Made by a program: the position numbers and the translations under genes
Notes under the pieces: generated by a model
Told to the model about the DNA's origin: nothing
The model's database searches: none
Seen by the model: the letters and a program-made list of their open reading frames with translations, nothing else
Part shown: in pieces, positions 9,062-19,909 of the stretch
How the letters are laid out: each line of letters begins with the position of its first letter
Numbering within the stretch: the stretch's first letter is position 1
Source of the DNA: a virus
Lineage: Duplodnaviria; Heunggongvirae; Uroviricota; Caudoviricetes
Direction: 5' to 3' (one strand)
IMG/VR virus record: IMGVR_UViG_2917413769_000001
Location: 1 to 42,056 of that record
DNA length: 42,056 nt

Positions 9062-10390
9062 TTAGGAAAGCTGCATTGTCACGTTGATGTTGAAAATGAT
9101 TGTTGTGAAGCCACGCATCGGCGTGTACGTTGCTGACAGCCCAGCATAGCGACCAATCTGGTAATCGTTGGGGTTGTCTTTAACGTATTGTTTGAACGGG
9201 ATGGCGTTCACCGTAACCGGGCCATTTACCAACCCATAGGCAATGCCGGTGTTAAACACGCTTTGCGCACGCTGCTGGAGTCGGTCGATACCGTCCTGGT
9301 CGTAGTAGAGCGGGTTAATCGGGTTGTTGCTGCCATTGATCACTTCGTTCGCCAGGGCCATGTCGACGTTAATCTGAACCCAGTCAACGCTATACCAGTA
9401 CGTCGCATCATTGCCGTCGCTAGTCACTCCTTTCACCAGGATGGTGTTAGAAATGCCGCCCTCGGCCCCAGTGTCGACGTAGTTGATGTTCTGCGCATCC
9501 ATCGTGCTAAGAATGCTATTTTTCGCCTTGTTGGCGTTGACCGCTTGCAGATAGCGGAATGCCATCGGCGGGACTTTGTTCACTTCGGATGGAGACGCGG
9601 AAACGAAATTCCACATATCGGCAACCGCCGCGTTGGTCGTCGGGTAGGTATCGTCAGCCATTGCGACAACCGACTTAATGCTGGCATACGGCGATGTGTA
9701 GTTGCTGTCCTTCGGCGTATCCTCCAACACGTAGAAATACTGTTTCGCGTCACTGGCGGTGTAGAGTTTGGCCAGCGTGATGAAGTCTGTGTCACCCTTC
9801 CACGTTTCCGGTACCAAGTAAGCGTAGAAACGTTTAAGCGGCTCCTGCATGTACAGCTTCAATGCAGCGACTTCGTTCTTTGTGACATCCTTCTGGTACC
9901 CAAGTTCGAGGAGATAAGTCCCCACTTTTTGACCCTGAGCGAAAAACGTATCAACCGCAGTAACGAGCAGTTCACTGTTAACAAGCGTGAACTGGCCCAG
10001 CGTCGTTGGTGAGCCGTCTAGCGTTGAGGTGCTGTCTGTCCAGGTCAGTGAACCCGCCAGTCCCAGCGTCGCCGTGAACGTGCCGTTCCAGATAGTGGGA
10101 GAGCAGCCAACAATAGTGATTTCGATTTCACTGCCCGGATCGCGGTCGATTTTCACACTATCCGGCACCGTCAGAGTGAAGTCAGAACCGTAGGAAGAAT
10201 TTTCCGCAGTCAGTGACTCAATCGGAATGTTAACCAGATCGGTGATGTCCGAAGACTGAGTGAGAAGAACAGGCCTGCCCGGCTCTTGTGTAGTAGTACC
10301 AAACGACAAAACAGCCGACATCTGCTGAAGATTCGAGGGCATGGCCCCGATCGTCTGCGAGACGTTAACGGTGACAATTTCGTAACCCAT
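9062..10390 (-). CDS. Tail sheath protein (by position and size)
   Basis: 442-aa ORF preceding tube-like gene; implies contractile tail. Confidence 0.35.
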   Translation of the reverse strand: MGYEIVTVNVSQTIGAMPSNLQQMSAVLSFGTTTQEPGRPVLLTQSSDITDLVNIPIESLTAENSSYGSDFTLTVPDSVKIDRDPGSEIEITIVGCSPTIWNGTFTATLGLAGSLTWTDSTSTLDGSPTTLGQFTLVNSELLVTAVDTFFAQGQKVGTYLLELGYQKDVTKNEVAALKLYMQEPLKRFYAYLVPETWKGDTDFITLAKLYTASDAKQYFYVLEDTPKDSNYTSPYASIKSVVAMADDTYPTTNAAVADMWNFVSASPSEVNKVPPMAFRYLQAVNANKAKNSILSTMDAQNINYVDTGAEGGISNTILVKGVTSDGNDATYWYSVDWVQINVDMALANEVINGSNNPINPLYYDQDGIDRLQQRAQSVFNTGIAYGLVNGPVTVNAIPFKQYVKDNPNDYQIGRYAGLSATYTPMRGFTTIIFNINVTMQLS

Positions 10391-11343
10391 TATTTAACCT
10401 CGTAATTAAAAATGACTTCTTTGATGAGCTGCCGGGAAATGTCCCGCGTGGTGGCCTGGTAATAATTCACCTCGAAATCCACCGTTTTTTTCTTAGCCAG
10501 TGCGTTGATTTCCACCTGGTTGGATTTGGCGTCACTGACGATCGGAATGTTGGTCACGCCAAATTCATCACCGTCGAGCGCCGTCTCGACGACGAAATCA
10601 ACAAAATCGAGCGCATTCTGGTTACTGAATCCGTAGAGCGTCACGCGCACTAAGTCCTGCGAAAGTTGATAGCGCACGCCGTTGTACACCAGCGGAGCCA
10701 CCTGAAGCGGCGTGGTGCTGCGCACATCTGCGGCGATATACGGAGGCTTCAGATTCGAGGGCACAAGAAAAGACGGGTAAACGGTGGCAAACTGCTTCAA
10801 CGCCAGCCAGATCGGCGTGCTGTTCGAGATGATTTGTTCGTCGCTAATGTCGTCAGCGCTGTCGATAATCTGCGACCGCATCGTTGGCAGGATCGCCGTT
10901 CCCCGGTAATGAAAAATTCCTGCCTGGGTGTAACGACTCTCCATCCGAGAAAATGCGAACTGCGTACCATCGTATTCACCGAGATATACAGAGTTCGGAC
11001 CCTGAATATTGAAATCGTCTATTTTCTCAATTGGCGTGAAAATAATACTGTTTACATCGCGGGACGTTGTATCGTTCTGCTCAGTAACAACCTGCCTGTG
11101 CAGGCTCCCTTTTATCGTGCTGGTCAGCGGGCTATCAGTAAGCCCCAACCGCGCCAGTTCATCCGGGTTTACGATTGCAGCATTGATCCAGTAAACAAAA
11201 CCATCGAGCGGCAGAACCTGTTTCACATAAAGAGTGAAATTAATTTCCTGACCTGACGATATTGTTTCTACTGCTGACTGCAATACACCAGATAGCTGGT
11301 TCCCGGTCTGCTCGGCAAGTTCATCAAGACTCGGCATCGTCAT
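10390..11343 (-). CDS. Head-tail/neck structural protein
   Basis: 317-aa ORF between connector genes and sheath. Confidence 0.3.
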   Translation of the reverse strand: MTMPSLDELAEQTGNQLSGVLQSAVETISSGQEINFTLYVKQVLPLDGFVYWINAAIVNPDELARLGLTDSPLTSTIKGSLHRQVVTEQNDTTSRDVNSIIFTPIEKIDDFNIQGPNSVYLGEYDGTQFAFSRMESRYTQAGIFHYRGTAILPTMRSQIIDSADDISDEQIISNSTPIWLALKQFATVYPSFLVPSNLKPPYIAADVRSTTPLQVAPLVYNGVRYQLSQDLVRVTLYGFSNQNALDFVDFVVETALDGDEFGVTNIPIVSDAKSNQVEINALAKKKTVDFEVNYYQATTRDISRQLIKEVIFNYEVK

Positions 11344-11752
11344 CTATCCATGCCACAAAAGATGATTTGAATAAGCCGCCATCAATGAAGGACGGGCGAC
11401 GCAGCCCCTTCTCCTGTTTCAGGCGAGAGTTTTTACCTTCCAGCGCGGCCAGTGTTGGCACACCATCAACAGCTAATCCGGCCATTTCTTCCCGTTCGAG
11501 AAAAATGTTGAACTGCTGCATAGTTTCCCCGAGCAATTCCCCCTGATTAAGCGGCGCACCATGCTGGATGTGATTGATAAGCGAATAAGCAACAGCCTCG
11601 CCCACCTCAGCGCAGATTTCATCAGAGTGCGTTTCAAAGAAATGGGTGAAAAGTTGGTACCTGTCCTGAAGGTCTTCGGCAACCTCATAGGTAGTAGTAG
11701 ACATGTCGCCGTAGTCATACGGCATATCAATGACACCCAGACAGACTTTCAC
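11324..11752 (-). CDS. Head-tail joining protein
   Basis: 142-aa ORF in connector cluster downstream of capsid gene. Confidence 0.3.
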   Translation of the reverse strand: MKVCLGVIDMPYDYGDMSTTTYEVAEDLQDRYQLFTHFFETHSDEICAEVGEAVAYSLINHIQHGAPLNQGELLGETMQQFNIFLEREEMAGLAVDGVPTLAALEGKNSRLKQEKGLRRPSFIDGGLFKSSFVAWIDDDAES

Positions 11753-12189
11753 GGCGTGTACCCCCAGAGCGGCCCCATTTCCATCAGAACGGCAACAACC
11801 TGACGACCATACGGATCCTGCATCAGCATCAGATCGGCCAGTGTCAGGTTATTGAGCGCATCGCTAATAGTCATTGAACCCGATGTTCCCTGATCGGCAG
11901 CGGAATTAACCAACCCGTACATTGGAGTGTTCAGGCCAAGTTTTTTGCGTTGTTCAATGAAGAAATCACCGGGACCATAACGCAGCAGAAGCGAGCCACC
12001 AGCGTTATAAACGGTGTTCGTGTAGATGATGGGCAGGCACTCCAGCCCCAGATGTTTCGGGATAAGCTCCAGTGCCGAGCCGTAACAGCATTTCAGCGTG
12101 GGATCATTATCGGAAATGGCTGTATCAGGAACGCCCATCACGCCACGAACGAATGCGAGGTATCCCTCAAACGTCGGGCGAATGGTCAT
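11749..12189 (-). CDS. Head-tail joining protein
   Basis: 146-aa ORF, 4-nt start/stop overlap with neighbour. Confidence 0.3.
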   Translation of the reverse strand: MTIRPTFEGYLAFVRGVMGVPDTAISDNDPTLKCCYGSALELIPKHLGLECLPIIYTNTVYNAGGSLLLRYGPGDFFIEQRKKLGLNTPMYGLVNSAADQGTSGSMTISDALNNLTLADLMLMQDPYGRQVVAVLMEMGPLWGYTP

Positions 12190-12659
12190 TATTTTTGCAC
12201 CTTCACCGTTTTATTCAGTTTCGGTGGGTTGTCCTGTTCAACGTTGACGGCCTCACCGGTTATTTCAACGACGACTTCACCCGGTTTAGGCGTTTCGCCA
12301 CTCTGCATGACAGCTTTATCAACGGCATTACTCATCGACACGGCGTTAGCCTCAAGAATAGCCTGAGACATATCGTCGAGATTTTCGGTTTTTTGCTCCG
12401 CATTCTCTTCGATACGGCCAACGGTCAGCGGCTTATCAATGGAATAGCAGATTCCGGAAAATGTTTTGTCCACTTTGTCGCAGCGCTGGAAACCATACGG
12501 CTCATGCTGTTTGATGATGTGGTGAATAACGTCAGACTGGTTATCGATCATATGCTGGCCGCCAGCGGGGATCGTTACACCAAAGGACTGTGATTTTTCC
12601 GGCAGTTTGTAGTTGAACGTATGAGCCTGACGGGAACAGTTAGCGATAAAAAGTTTCAT
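12189..12659 (-). CDS. Head completion/connector protein
   Basis: 156-aa ORF immediately downstream of major capsid gene. Confidence 0.3.
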   Translation of the reverse strand: MKLFIANCSRQAHTFNYKLPEKSQSFGVTIPAGGQHMIDNQSDVIHHIIKQHEPYGFQRCDKVDKTFSGICYSIDKPLTVGRIEENAEQKTENLDDMSQAILEANAVSMSNAVDKAVMQSGETPKPGEVVVEITGEAVNVEQDNPPKLNKTVKVQK

Positions 12660-12724
12660 GAATTTTCCTCAAAAAAATGGGGAGTGTTATCTCCCCAAAT
12701 CCACCAGTTAAAACAACGAGGGTA

Positions 12725-13753
12725 TTACGCGTATTTCGCAGAAAGCAGCGTCACGCCTTCAGAACGGAAGTTCCAACCAGGAGTAGAACGCATGGTGTAC
12801 AGCGTGGTAATGCCACCGTCCGGCATCGGTGACGGGATTTCAGTCGGCGCTGCAACGTCGCAGAACATTACGTTCACGGCCTTCTGATTGGGCATCAGGG
12901 TCGCGAAGATGTTGGTGTTGAGTTCCTGACGTGCCTCAGGCACAACCAGTTCCGGGTTGGTTACGATAATAAGATCGGTACCGCCGGCACCTTTACCAAT
13001 CAGCGTGTCGTCCTGACAGAAGATCACATCATCACCGCTGGCACCGTTGGCGATATTTTTAACCATGGTACCGACAGTTTCAGTACCGCCACCCGGGCGT
13101 TGATAGCTGGTCAGTTCAACAACACCAGTCCATTCCAGCGCCTTCATGAACCGCTGAGGACACAGAACAACGGTGGTCAGAGCCTGCCCCAGCAACATCA
13201 TGCGGGTTTTCTGATCTGCAATCAGACCGAGGACAAACTTCGCCATTTCACCGGAATCCCAGGTGGTGTACGAATCGTTGCCCTGGCTATCGCTGCCGAG
13301 GTTTACCGTGGTCGCATTTGGTGAGTTGGAGATCCCTTCGTTGTTGGATGCTTTCACGCCATAAATGAGCATGTTGCGAAGCTGCTGCGCATGGCCCTGA
13401 CGGTTAGCCAGTTGCAGACCGCTGTTTAGTGAATAACCCCAACGGCTCGCCGCATCAGTATCGAGATAGCAGTACTGTGAACGGGTCGAAATGCGGTAAG
13501 TCATCATCTGGTCATAGCTCGGAACGATGCTCGCAGACGGTAACTGGCCAGGCAGCGACTGGCCGACATGAGCCTGAGTCGTTGCACGAAGATATTTCTG
13601 GTACACAACCAGATCGCTTGAACCGATACGAGCAGAAGGTGCGCCGCCCGGAAGGATTTCGAATGCGCCGGAAGCCATGCTGTACTGCATGACAATATCC
13701 GGCTGCATCATGGAAGGCGATACTGTGGTAATCGCTGGTGCGAATGCGCTCAT
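12725..13753 (-). CDS. Major capsid protein
   Basis: 342-aa ORF downstream of scaffold-like gene, typical size and position. Confidence 0.5.
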   Translation of the reverse strand: MSAFAPAITTVSPSMMQPDIVMQYSMASGAFEILPGGAPSARIGSSDLVVYQKYLRATTQAHVGQSLPGQLPSASIVPSYDQMMTYRISTRSQYCYLDTDAASRWGYSLNSGLQLANRQGHAQQLRNMLIYGVKASNNEGISNSPNATTVNLGSDSQGNDSYTTWDSGEMAKFVLGLIADQKTRMMLLGQALTTVVLCPQRFMKALEWTGVVELTSYQRPGGGTETVGTMVKNIANGASGDDVIFCQDDTLIGKGAGGTDLIIVTNPELVVPEARQELNTNIFATLMPNQKAVNVMFCDVAAPTEIPSPMPDGGITTLYTMRSTPGWNFRSEGVTLLSAKYA

Positions 13754-13763
13754 TAATAACTCC

Positions 13764-14381
13764 TTAAATCAAGAACAGGCCACAAGGCTTGCCGTTTTCC
13801 CAGACCACGTTACCGCTGGTTTCTTTTTTCACTGTCAGGTTGCCCTGCTGGGAAACCATCAACAGGCTGATGTTCACTTTCGGGTTAGAGGAAGAACCAC
13901 TGGAATACACATCCACGCAGTTTTCCGTCATATCCCAGACAAATCCATCAGCCCCGACAGGATCATCACCAGTGGCAAGTGCCGCGACTGCTGCGCTGAT
14001 CGGCAACGGAATACGCGCACCTGAACCGACGCGATAGTAGTGAACCGAACCACCAGCCAGATAAAGCGGTACCGGGTTGCTGGCAGTCGTGATGCCGTGG
14101 TACGCCTGGTTAAACACGGTAAAAGCGTTACACACCGATGCCGTTGCTTTTTTGATGGTTGATCCGCTTACGTTTTCAGCCACAGTGGAAACGCACTCAA
14201 CCACACCAATACCGCCCCATACGGGCGCATCGAGGTTTTTATCCAGCGTGCCAGAGCAAAGTTGCAAGCGGGTCGCAGGGTCGTCCTGCGCGTCCCCCTG
14301 AGTCAGGCCACGCGATTCGACGTTAAAGCTGCCAGCGAATGAACCCTGTGTTTTGAACGGGTCGAAATTAATATCAGCCAT
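13764..14381 (-). CDS. Head structural/decoration protein
   Basis: 205-aa ORF between scaffold-like and capsid genes. Confidence 0.3.
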   Translation of the reverse strand: MADINFDPFKTQGSFAGSFNVESRGLTQGDAQDDPATRLQLCSGTLDKNLDAPVWGGIGVVECVSTVAENVSGSTIKKATASVCNAFTVFNQAYHGITTASNPVPLYLAGGSVHYYRVGSGARIPLPISAAVAALATGDDPVGADGFVWDMTENCVDVYSSGSSSNPKVNISLLMVSQQGNLTVKKETSGNVVWENGKPCGLFLI

Positions 14382-15711
14382 GGTTGTTCATGCTCCCTGG
14401 AGTGTTGATTTTGACGAGGCGACGTCCCGGAGTTTTGAATGCTGCTAACCAGACGTTGGGATCGCCCTGGTATTCAGTAATGCGGCGACCTGCTTCATCC
14501 ATACGAACACGCTGGTGTAACTGGCCCAGAGTGTTGTTCATTTCATTCTCGATGGATTTCCGCGCTTCGCCGTAAATAGCCTCTTCGAGAACAGAAAGGG
14601 TCGCAGAATCCGCAATTGCGCGAATGTTCACGTCCTTATGCTTTTCCGAGTGCTTTTGCATTCCCATCAGTACGCGCTTGCGGTAATCCAGCGCTATTTC
14701 CCCGGAGAATGGAGTGGGTGCCTGTTTACCACATGCAACGTAAGCGGAGTCAGCTTTAACCCTGGCTTCAGTCATGTCAGAGTCAGATTTAGCTTTTTCC
14801 TCCTCCTCGGCTTTGGCCTTTTCTTCATCAGCCTTGGCCTGATCAGCTTTACGCTGTTCTTCTTCGGCTTCATCTGCTTTGGCTTTTTCCTCTGCCTTTT
14901 TCTGGGCTTCAGCTTCATCAGCCTTTTTCTGCTCTTCAGCAGCGGCATCTGCTTTTTTCTGTTCTTCCTGATCGGCTTTTTCCTTTGCCTCTTTCTTTTC
15001 CGCTTCTTCCGCATCAGCGCGGACTTTGATGCCGGATTCCAGCGAATCCATACGCGCAGAGATCGTTTCAAATCCCTTATTCACACCGCCTAATGCATCG
15101 CCAACTACTTTCGCGACGATGCTTTCGAGCATTTTCTCGTCCATATCAATGTCACCTTTGTTAGAAACCTCGACCCCTGTGGGGATCTTGTCTTTGTCCC
15201 ACACTCCCAAAGAGCCGTGGTCCTCTGTTACCAGAGCGATGTGATCGAGCAGGAAGGGCACGCCTTCGATAAGGAAGTTCGTGTCACCATCCATTACTTC
15301 CACATTGCCTGATGCGTTGTTAAATACGACTGAAGGACTGGTCGAAACCGTTTCCTTCACGATCTGCTCAACGATGTCCCGAATGTAGATGCGACAAACC
15401 GCCCAGACTTCATCCCCTCGGATGTACGGCAGCATCACCGAACCGACGATTCGCTCGGTAAAATCCTGCTCCGTTAAGACGGCTTTATCAGGGTGATTAG
15501 TGATAACGGGTAACCCGTTACAGCGTTGAAGAAACGCGTCGTTAAGATAGAGATTCGGATCACGCCATACGTGTTCTTTCAGCCCTGTCCGGTACGCTAG
15601 CCCGGTGCCAGTAATGCGCAGGTTGACCAGCCACATGTTCGAAAACTTCATCGGAGAAGGCGCAGTGCCGTCCCGTATTCGCTGTGCTAATTCAAGCTCG
15701 GTTAAATTCAC
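14374..15711 (-). CDS. Head scaffolding / prohead protease-like protein with K/E-rich coiled-coil region
   Basis: 445 aa; central run KADEAEAQKKAEEKAKADEAEEEQRKA typical of scaffolding coiled coils; between morphogenesis and capsid genes. Confidence 0.4.
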   Translation of the reverse strand: MNLTELELAQRIRDGTAPSPMKFSNMWLVNLRITGTGLAYRTGLKEHVWRDPNLYLNDAFLQRCNGLPVITNHPDKAVLTEQDFTERIVGSVMLPYIRGDEVWAVCRIYIRDIVEQIVKETVSTSPSVVFNNASGNVEVMDGDTNFLIEGVPFLLDHIALVTEDHGSLGVWDKDKIPTGVEVSNKGDIDMDEKMLESIVAKVVGDALGGVNKGFETISARMDSLESGIKVRADAEEAEKKEAKEKADQEEQKKADAAAEEQKKADEAEAQKKAEEKAKADEAEEEQRKADQAKADEEKAKAEEEEKAKSDSDMTEARVKADSAYVACGKQAPTPFSGEIALDYRKRVLMGMQKHSEKHKDVNIRAIADSATLSVLEEAIYGEARKSIENEMNNTLGQLHQRVRMDEAGRRITEYQGDPNVWLAAFKTPGRRLVKINTPGSMNNHG

Positions 15712-16528
15712 GTTTTCCTTTCTCCGTTAAAAACTCGACAGGTAATTTCTGCGGGGCATAAATCGGAAACACCTGACAACTGCAAAATGGATCTTCGCCA
15801 GCAGCGGTAATTTCGTCGTAATAACCGTATTCGGGCTTAATCAATCCCTGCTGTACCGCCCAGGAGTCGCGGATCAGGTAAATTAGCGTGTCGCGGTGCT
15901 TGTGATCGACGCGATAGTCGTAGCCAGGCCGCCGCCAGTTTGAATGCCAGCGAAACGCGATAGCGCCACCCTGAACGGAAAGCAGGTATTTCACGTTGCT
16001 CGCAAGTTTATGCCCCTGGTCGATTGCTACCCGGCGACTGATGAAATCCAGGTCGGTGACTGATTTCCGAATAGCCGATTTCTGCGCGTTTTTATCAATC
16101 TCGCTCACACCGTCCGGAGGGATAGACGTCACCCACCCCTGAAAACGCTGCACAGTGCGTTCAATGGCCTGCTCACGGTTCAGTTTGATAAGGTTGGCGC
16201 TGGCAAAGATTCGCCGATCAAGCTCCTTACGGAGTTCTGGCTTAATCTTGTCGAGGGTGATTTGTTTGGGCCCGTCTGGAGGCTGGTCCCGTAAAGCGCC
16301 ACCGTGAACGACGAGGCGGCTGTAAATTGATGTGAGGTGCTTGCGCGTTACATCATCGCTGGGTGATTCCCGGCTGGCTGCCACCCGAAGTTTCTGACAC
16401 CAGGAAAGCAACGATTTCTGGCTATCCCACCCATTATCAACGTAATAATTAATCGCATCGGTCAGCACTTCGTAGAGGGTTTTAGGTTTCCTCTTCGGTT
16501 TCGTGCGGCTGGTTCGTTTGTCCGCCAT
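15692..16528 (-). CDS. Head morphogenesis protein (Mu F / SPP1 gp7-like position)
   Basis: 278-aa ORF immediately downstream of portal gene. Confidence 0.4.
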   Translation of the reverse strand: MADKRTSRTKPKRKPKTLYEVLTDAINYYVDNGWDSQKSLLSWCQKLRVAASRESPSDDVTRKHLTSIYSRLVVHGGALRDQPPDGPKQITLDKIKPELRKELDRRIFASANLIKLNREQAIERTVQRFQGWVTSIPPDGVSEIDKNAQKSAIRKSVTDLDFISRRVAIDQGHKLASNVKYLLSVQGGAIAFRWHSNWRRPGYDYRVDHKHRDTLIYLIRDSWAVQQGLIKPEYGYYDEITAAGEDPFCSCQVFPIYAPQKLPVEFLTEKGKREFNRA

Positions 16529-17912
16529 TATTCGGATCCTGCGGTGGTGGTGGCTGGTATTTCGAAAGGGCTTCTTTGTCGATGATCATCGGTGAGTCGC
16601 CGTAGGTTTCGGTGGCGTTGGTCACGCTGGCCAACCACTCTGCCGCCATCGCCCTGTTTTCGGGATCAAGCTGTTGCGCCATGATTGAGAACAATGCACC
16701 AGCTTGCTGCACAACCTTGCTGTCGCTCTCACGGCGCTTATCAGGCGACTCTTCCACCAGCTCCTGCCAGCCCGCATCAAACTCACGCTCCCACATCCTG
16801 AAAGTGGTCTGATAATCCTCGGTGATAATGTCCGGATAATCGTTCTTCAGAGAGGTGTAAAAATCCTCATTCCAGGCGATGTAACGCACCAGGCGTTCGA
16901 AGTAATCCATCACCGGCTCGATAAGTTGACGCACCCCATCGACATACTGGCTGATGGCTTTGGAATCCTCTTTCCCTTCCCCAAATCCATTAGAAAATGC
17001 CTCCTCTTTGATAAGGATGGCGGGAACATCGCTACCTGCCGCAATGTCGCTGATAATGTTGTCACGGGCTGTAGAGAGCGCTTTATCGATATTCTGAAGG
17101 TTCAACGACTCGATATCGTCTTTCGTGCCAATACTGAGCACCCCTTCATTTTCCGAGATTTTGACGTTTTCCCTTTTCTTACCTGTGGCCGCCGCCATGA
17201 TGCCGCTGGCTACCGAGCCGTTCTGTTCGGTTTTGGCGACAAGCACGCCTGCCTTTTTAGCCACGAGATTGTTTGCCACCATCGTCCCGATATACGACTT
17301 CATCGGGTACAGAACACGCTGAAACACGCTGCGGCCAGTAAAGCCGAACGTTGAGTTCTGGTATTCGAGGTAAATCGGTGTGCCGTTGAATATTTTCAGC
17401 GTGCGCGATGGATGCCAGCTTTTTGAGGCTATTTTCAGCGTTGCATTCGCCTGCTGAAAGAACCGGCTATTCGGGTTCTGGTCAGTGACCATACTGCCGG
17501 CAGCATTAAGCGGATCCCAAACGTTGATATAAACGTCCTCTTCCCGCAGTCCAAATGTCGGTAGCGGGTCTTTGCACGTTGCGCCATCCGTCCCAACGCC
17601 GATAGCGGCAGCGCCATAGCAACGGGATACGTAAAAGAGATTTTTTATCTTCTCATTGAGGCCCATACGCTCCCACACTTCGCGAAACTGGCGAACAACA
17701 CGTTCATCCGGGTCAGTCTCGACGTTATAGGTGCGCGGTTTGCACATCGCCATGTTGATTGGCTTTTCCACCAGCTTGCCGCCCAGCGGGTGATACTGCC
17801 AAAGCAGCTTACACAGCTCATAGCCGACGTCGGTCCCCGGTTGAATTCCTTCATGGTCGAGAATTTTTGTCAGCTCGGAACTGATGTTGTTATTGAACTG
17901 AATTTCAGCCAT
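16482..17912 (-). CDS. Portal protein
   Basis: 476-aa ORF immediately downstream of terminase large subunit. Confidence 0.5.
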   Translation of the reverse strand: MAEIQFNNNISSELTKILDHEGIQPGTDVGYELCKLLWQYHPLGGKLVEKPINMAMCKPRTYNVETDPDERVVRQFREVWERMGLNEKIKNLFYVSRCYGAAAIGVGTDGATCKDPLPTFGLREEDVYINVWDPLNAAGSMVTDQNPNSRFFQQANATLKIASKSWHPSRTLKIFNGTPIYLEYQNSTFGFTGRSVFQRVLYPMKSYIGTMVANNLVAKKAGVLVAKTEQNGSVASGIMAAATGKKRENVKISENEGVLSIGTKDDIESLNLQNIDKALSTARDNIISDIAAGSDVPAILIKEEAFSNGFGEGKEDSKAISQYVDGVRQLIEPVMDYFERLVRYIAWNEDFYTSLKNDYPDIITEDYQTTFRMWEREFDAGWQELVEESPDKRRESDSKVVQQAGALFSIMAQQLDPENRAMAAEWLASVTNATETYGDSPMIIDKEALSKYQPPPPQDPNNGGQTNQPHETEEET

Positions 17913-17925
17913 CAGAATTCCCTGT

Positions 17926-19251
17926 TTACAGTGCCTCGTAGTTGCCGAACGCGATGATCAGCCCGTATGTGTAGCAATCGAAGAGGTCATCAGCGCGTTT
18001 GTGCGCTTTCGGGTCTGCCAGGTGGAAACCGGCGATTTGGTGGATGAGGTGGTTTGCAGTCTTTTTCTTGAATTCAACAGTCTTGTCATAGGCGGGTTGA
18101 GCGATTTTCGCTTTCTCCTGCCAGTGATGACCGGACGCCAAAACTGCCCTTTCATCTTTACCTTTCGCCGTCAGAGCCGATTTGATGGGCCTCATGTCCC
18201 AATCTTCGGTTTCGGCTTTCTGGTTGAGGATAGCGCCCATTGCAGCGTCTTCCATGAAAACACCCTGGCTGCCAAGACGAGGGCGGCAAATCTTCGCCAG
18301 CCGATCGAGGTTGTCGTACACGCTCGGCATGTATTCCGGAAGCAGCGACGCCTTAATCTGAGTGATATCCCAGTCGATAATCGTGAGCCGTGGCTCGGAG
18401 TAGGTTTCCTCATAGGCAAAGTAAACGAACCCGGTACCATCGTTTTCGGTACCGCCTTTTAGCGCGGTATCAGCTACGGCAAAGATCATGTCGCAGGTAT
18501 CTGGCATCGCTACAGGCTGGCCATCCACCAGCAGCTTGTTCACGTCCAGCAATGCATCTTTCGACCAGTCGATAAATTCAGCCTCAAACTCCTGCTGAAA
18601 CACCCTCGGATCATTTGTCTGACGCTCTTTTTCCAGTTCATCGGGTGGGACAAATGGATTTCCGGATGTGGGGGCATGATGCTCGTAAAAACCTAATTCT
18701 TTATCGTGACAAAGAGCATAGAAAAAATTGCTATCGTCGATTCCGTCAGGTGTCGAAAACACCCACGTTTTCCCGCGCCGAGTAAGTAACGTTGGCTTAA
18801 TTGATTTCGGCCAAACTTCTTCAAGCATTTCGGGTGATTTGGTGAACGCGGCTTCATCTATAAGCGCAATATCGTATTCACGCCCACGACCAGCCAGCTT
18901 ATTATCGTTTGTCACCCAGAAATCTATTTTTCCACCGTTCTTCAGTAGAATTCGCTTTTCACTACGCGACTGGTTTTTTATAAGAGGGCCGAGAATCTCA
19001 ATCAGTGCATCAAATATTTCCTGATATTGACGATATTCAGCAGTGAAGATGCCAACTTTCCCTCCTTCTTTGCGGTCCGTTCCCGGCTTGTGAAATTTAT
19101 GCGTTACATATGAACACGCCAAACTCACCAGCATTACGGTCTTTCCATAGCGACGACCACAGCGCACAACATTATATTGATGCTGGCGACCTTCTCTCCA
19201 GATGTGAAATTGTCCAGCATGGAGCTTTGGAATAAAAATTTCCTTTGCCAT
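17926..19251 (-). CDS. Terminase large subunit
   Basis: 441 aa; Walker A-like CGRRYGKT and Walker B-like IALIDEAAF; followed by portal. Confidence 0.8.
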   Translation of the reverse strand: MAKEIFIPKLHAGQFHIWREGRQHQYNVVRCGRRYGKTVMLVSLACSYVTHKFHKPGTDRKEGGKVGIFTAEYRQYQEIFDALIEILGPLIKNQSRSEKRILLKNGGKIDFWVTNDNKLAGRGREYDIALIDEAAFTKSPEMLEEVWPKSIKPTLLTRRGKTWVFSTPDGIDDSNFFYALCHDKELGFYEHHAPTSGNPFVPPDELEKERQTNDPRVFQQEFEAEFIDWSKDALLDVNKLLVDGQPVAMPDTCDMIFAVADTALKGGTENDGTGFVYFAYEETYSEPRLTIIDWDITQIKASLLPEYMPSVYDNLDRLAKICRPRLGSQGVFMEDAAMGAILNQKAETEDWDMRPIKSALTAKGKDERAVLASGHHWQEKAKIAQPAYDKTVEFKKKTANHLIHQIAGFHLADPKAHKRADDLFDCYTYGLIIAFGNYEAL

Positions 19252-19255
19252 TTAT

Positions 19256-19909
19256 TTATACCTGTAATCTCTCTCCGTCAGGAGTATCAAGTGCCCCGTG
19301 AACAACGATGGTGTCATTCGAATCACCATTACGGAGGTTTTCGATTTCGGCTTTGATTTTTTCATTGCTCAGGCGGACACGTTCGATTTCAAGTAACCGA
19401 AGTTCTCTATCCTGTTCGCTGGAGGACAGATTGTGGAAAGCTGCGAGGTTTTTCAATGCAGCGTCCTGGTCACGAGTCATGACCTCGATACCGAATTTAG
19501 TTTTCTTCACCCCGGCCATAAGACGACGAGCAGGTCCAACTAAATCACGCGTATCCGCAAGGAAAACATCCTCGATGCCCTCACCTGCACATTTAGGGCA
19601 ATCAGGGTTGGGGTCGTCGTTAGCAACGAAACCAAATCCACCAGACTGATCCGGAGGCGGTTTGCTGTCATTCGCTGCTTTAGCGGCTGCCTTGTCGTAC
19701 TCGCTTTCATCAATCCACTGATAGTGGTTATCGAATCCCCAGCAGTAACGGCAGCAAACACGGCGCATCTGAGAAATCTCACCGGGATCCGCAATCGCTA
19801 TTTCATGCCAGTGCCTGAGAATGTCCTGAGCGTTTAATATTGCCTGCTCGGTTAACTGTTCGATGCCCTGGTTAATGGCTCTCGCTACCGTTGGCTTGCG
19901 ATACAGCAT
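19256..19909 (-). CDS. Terminase small subunit-like protein (core; N-terminal HTH continues upstream in this frame without a start codon)
   Basis: 217 aa with CCRYCWG...CPKCAG Cys motifs; in-frame upstream extension to 20062 encodes LSDKEKLFVSYYLECRNKYEAYRKAGY, a TerS-type HTH, but is closed by a stop at 20063-20065. Confidence 0.5.
   Translation of the reverse strand: MLYRKPTVARAINQGIEQLTEQAILNAQDILRHWHEIAIADPGEISQMRRVCCRYCWGFDNHYQWIDESEYDKAAAKAANDSKPPPDQSGGFGFVANDDPNPDCPKCAGEGIEDVFLADTRDLVGPARRLMAGVKKTKFGIEVMTRDQDAALKNLAAFHNLSSSEQDRELRLLEIERVRLSNEKIKAEIENLRNGDSNDTIVVHGALDTPDGERLQV

Noticed and set aside
14638-15093. Plus-strand 151-aa ORF with F/L-rich low-complexity sequence, and apparent DNA repeats in the same span
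   Set aside because: It is antisense to the K/E-rich coiled-coil region of the minus-strand scaffold-like gene. The repeats are coding low complexity, not a repeat array or CRISPR, and the ORF is a mirror artefact.
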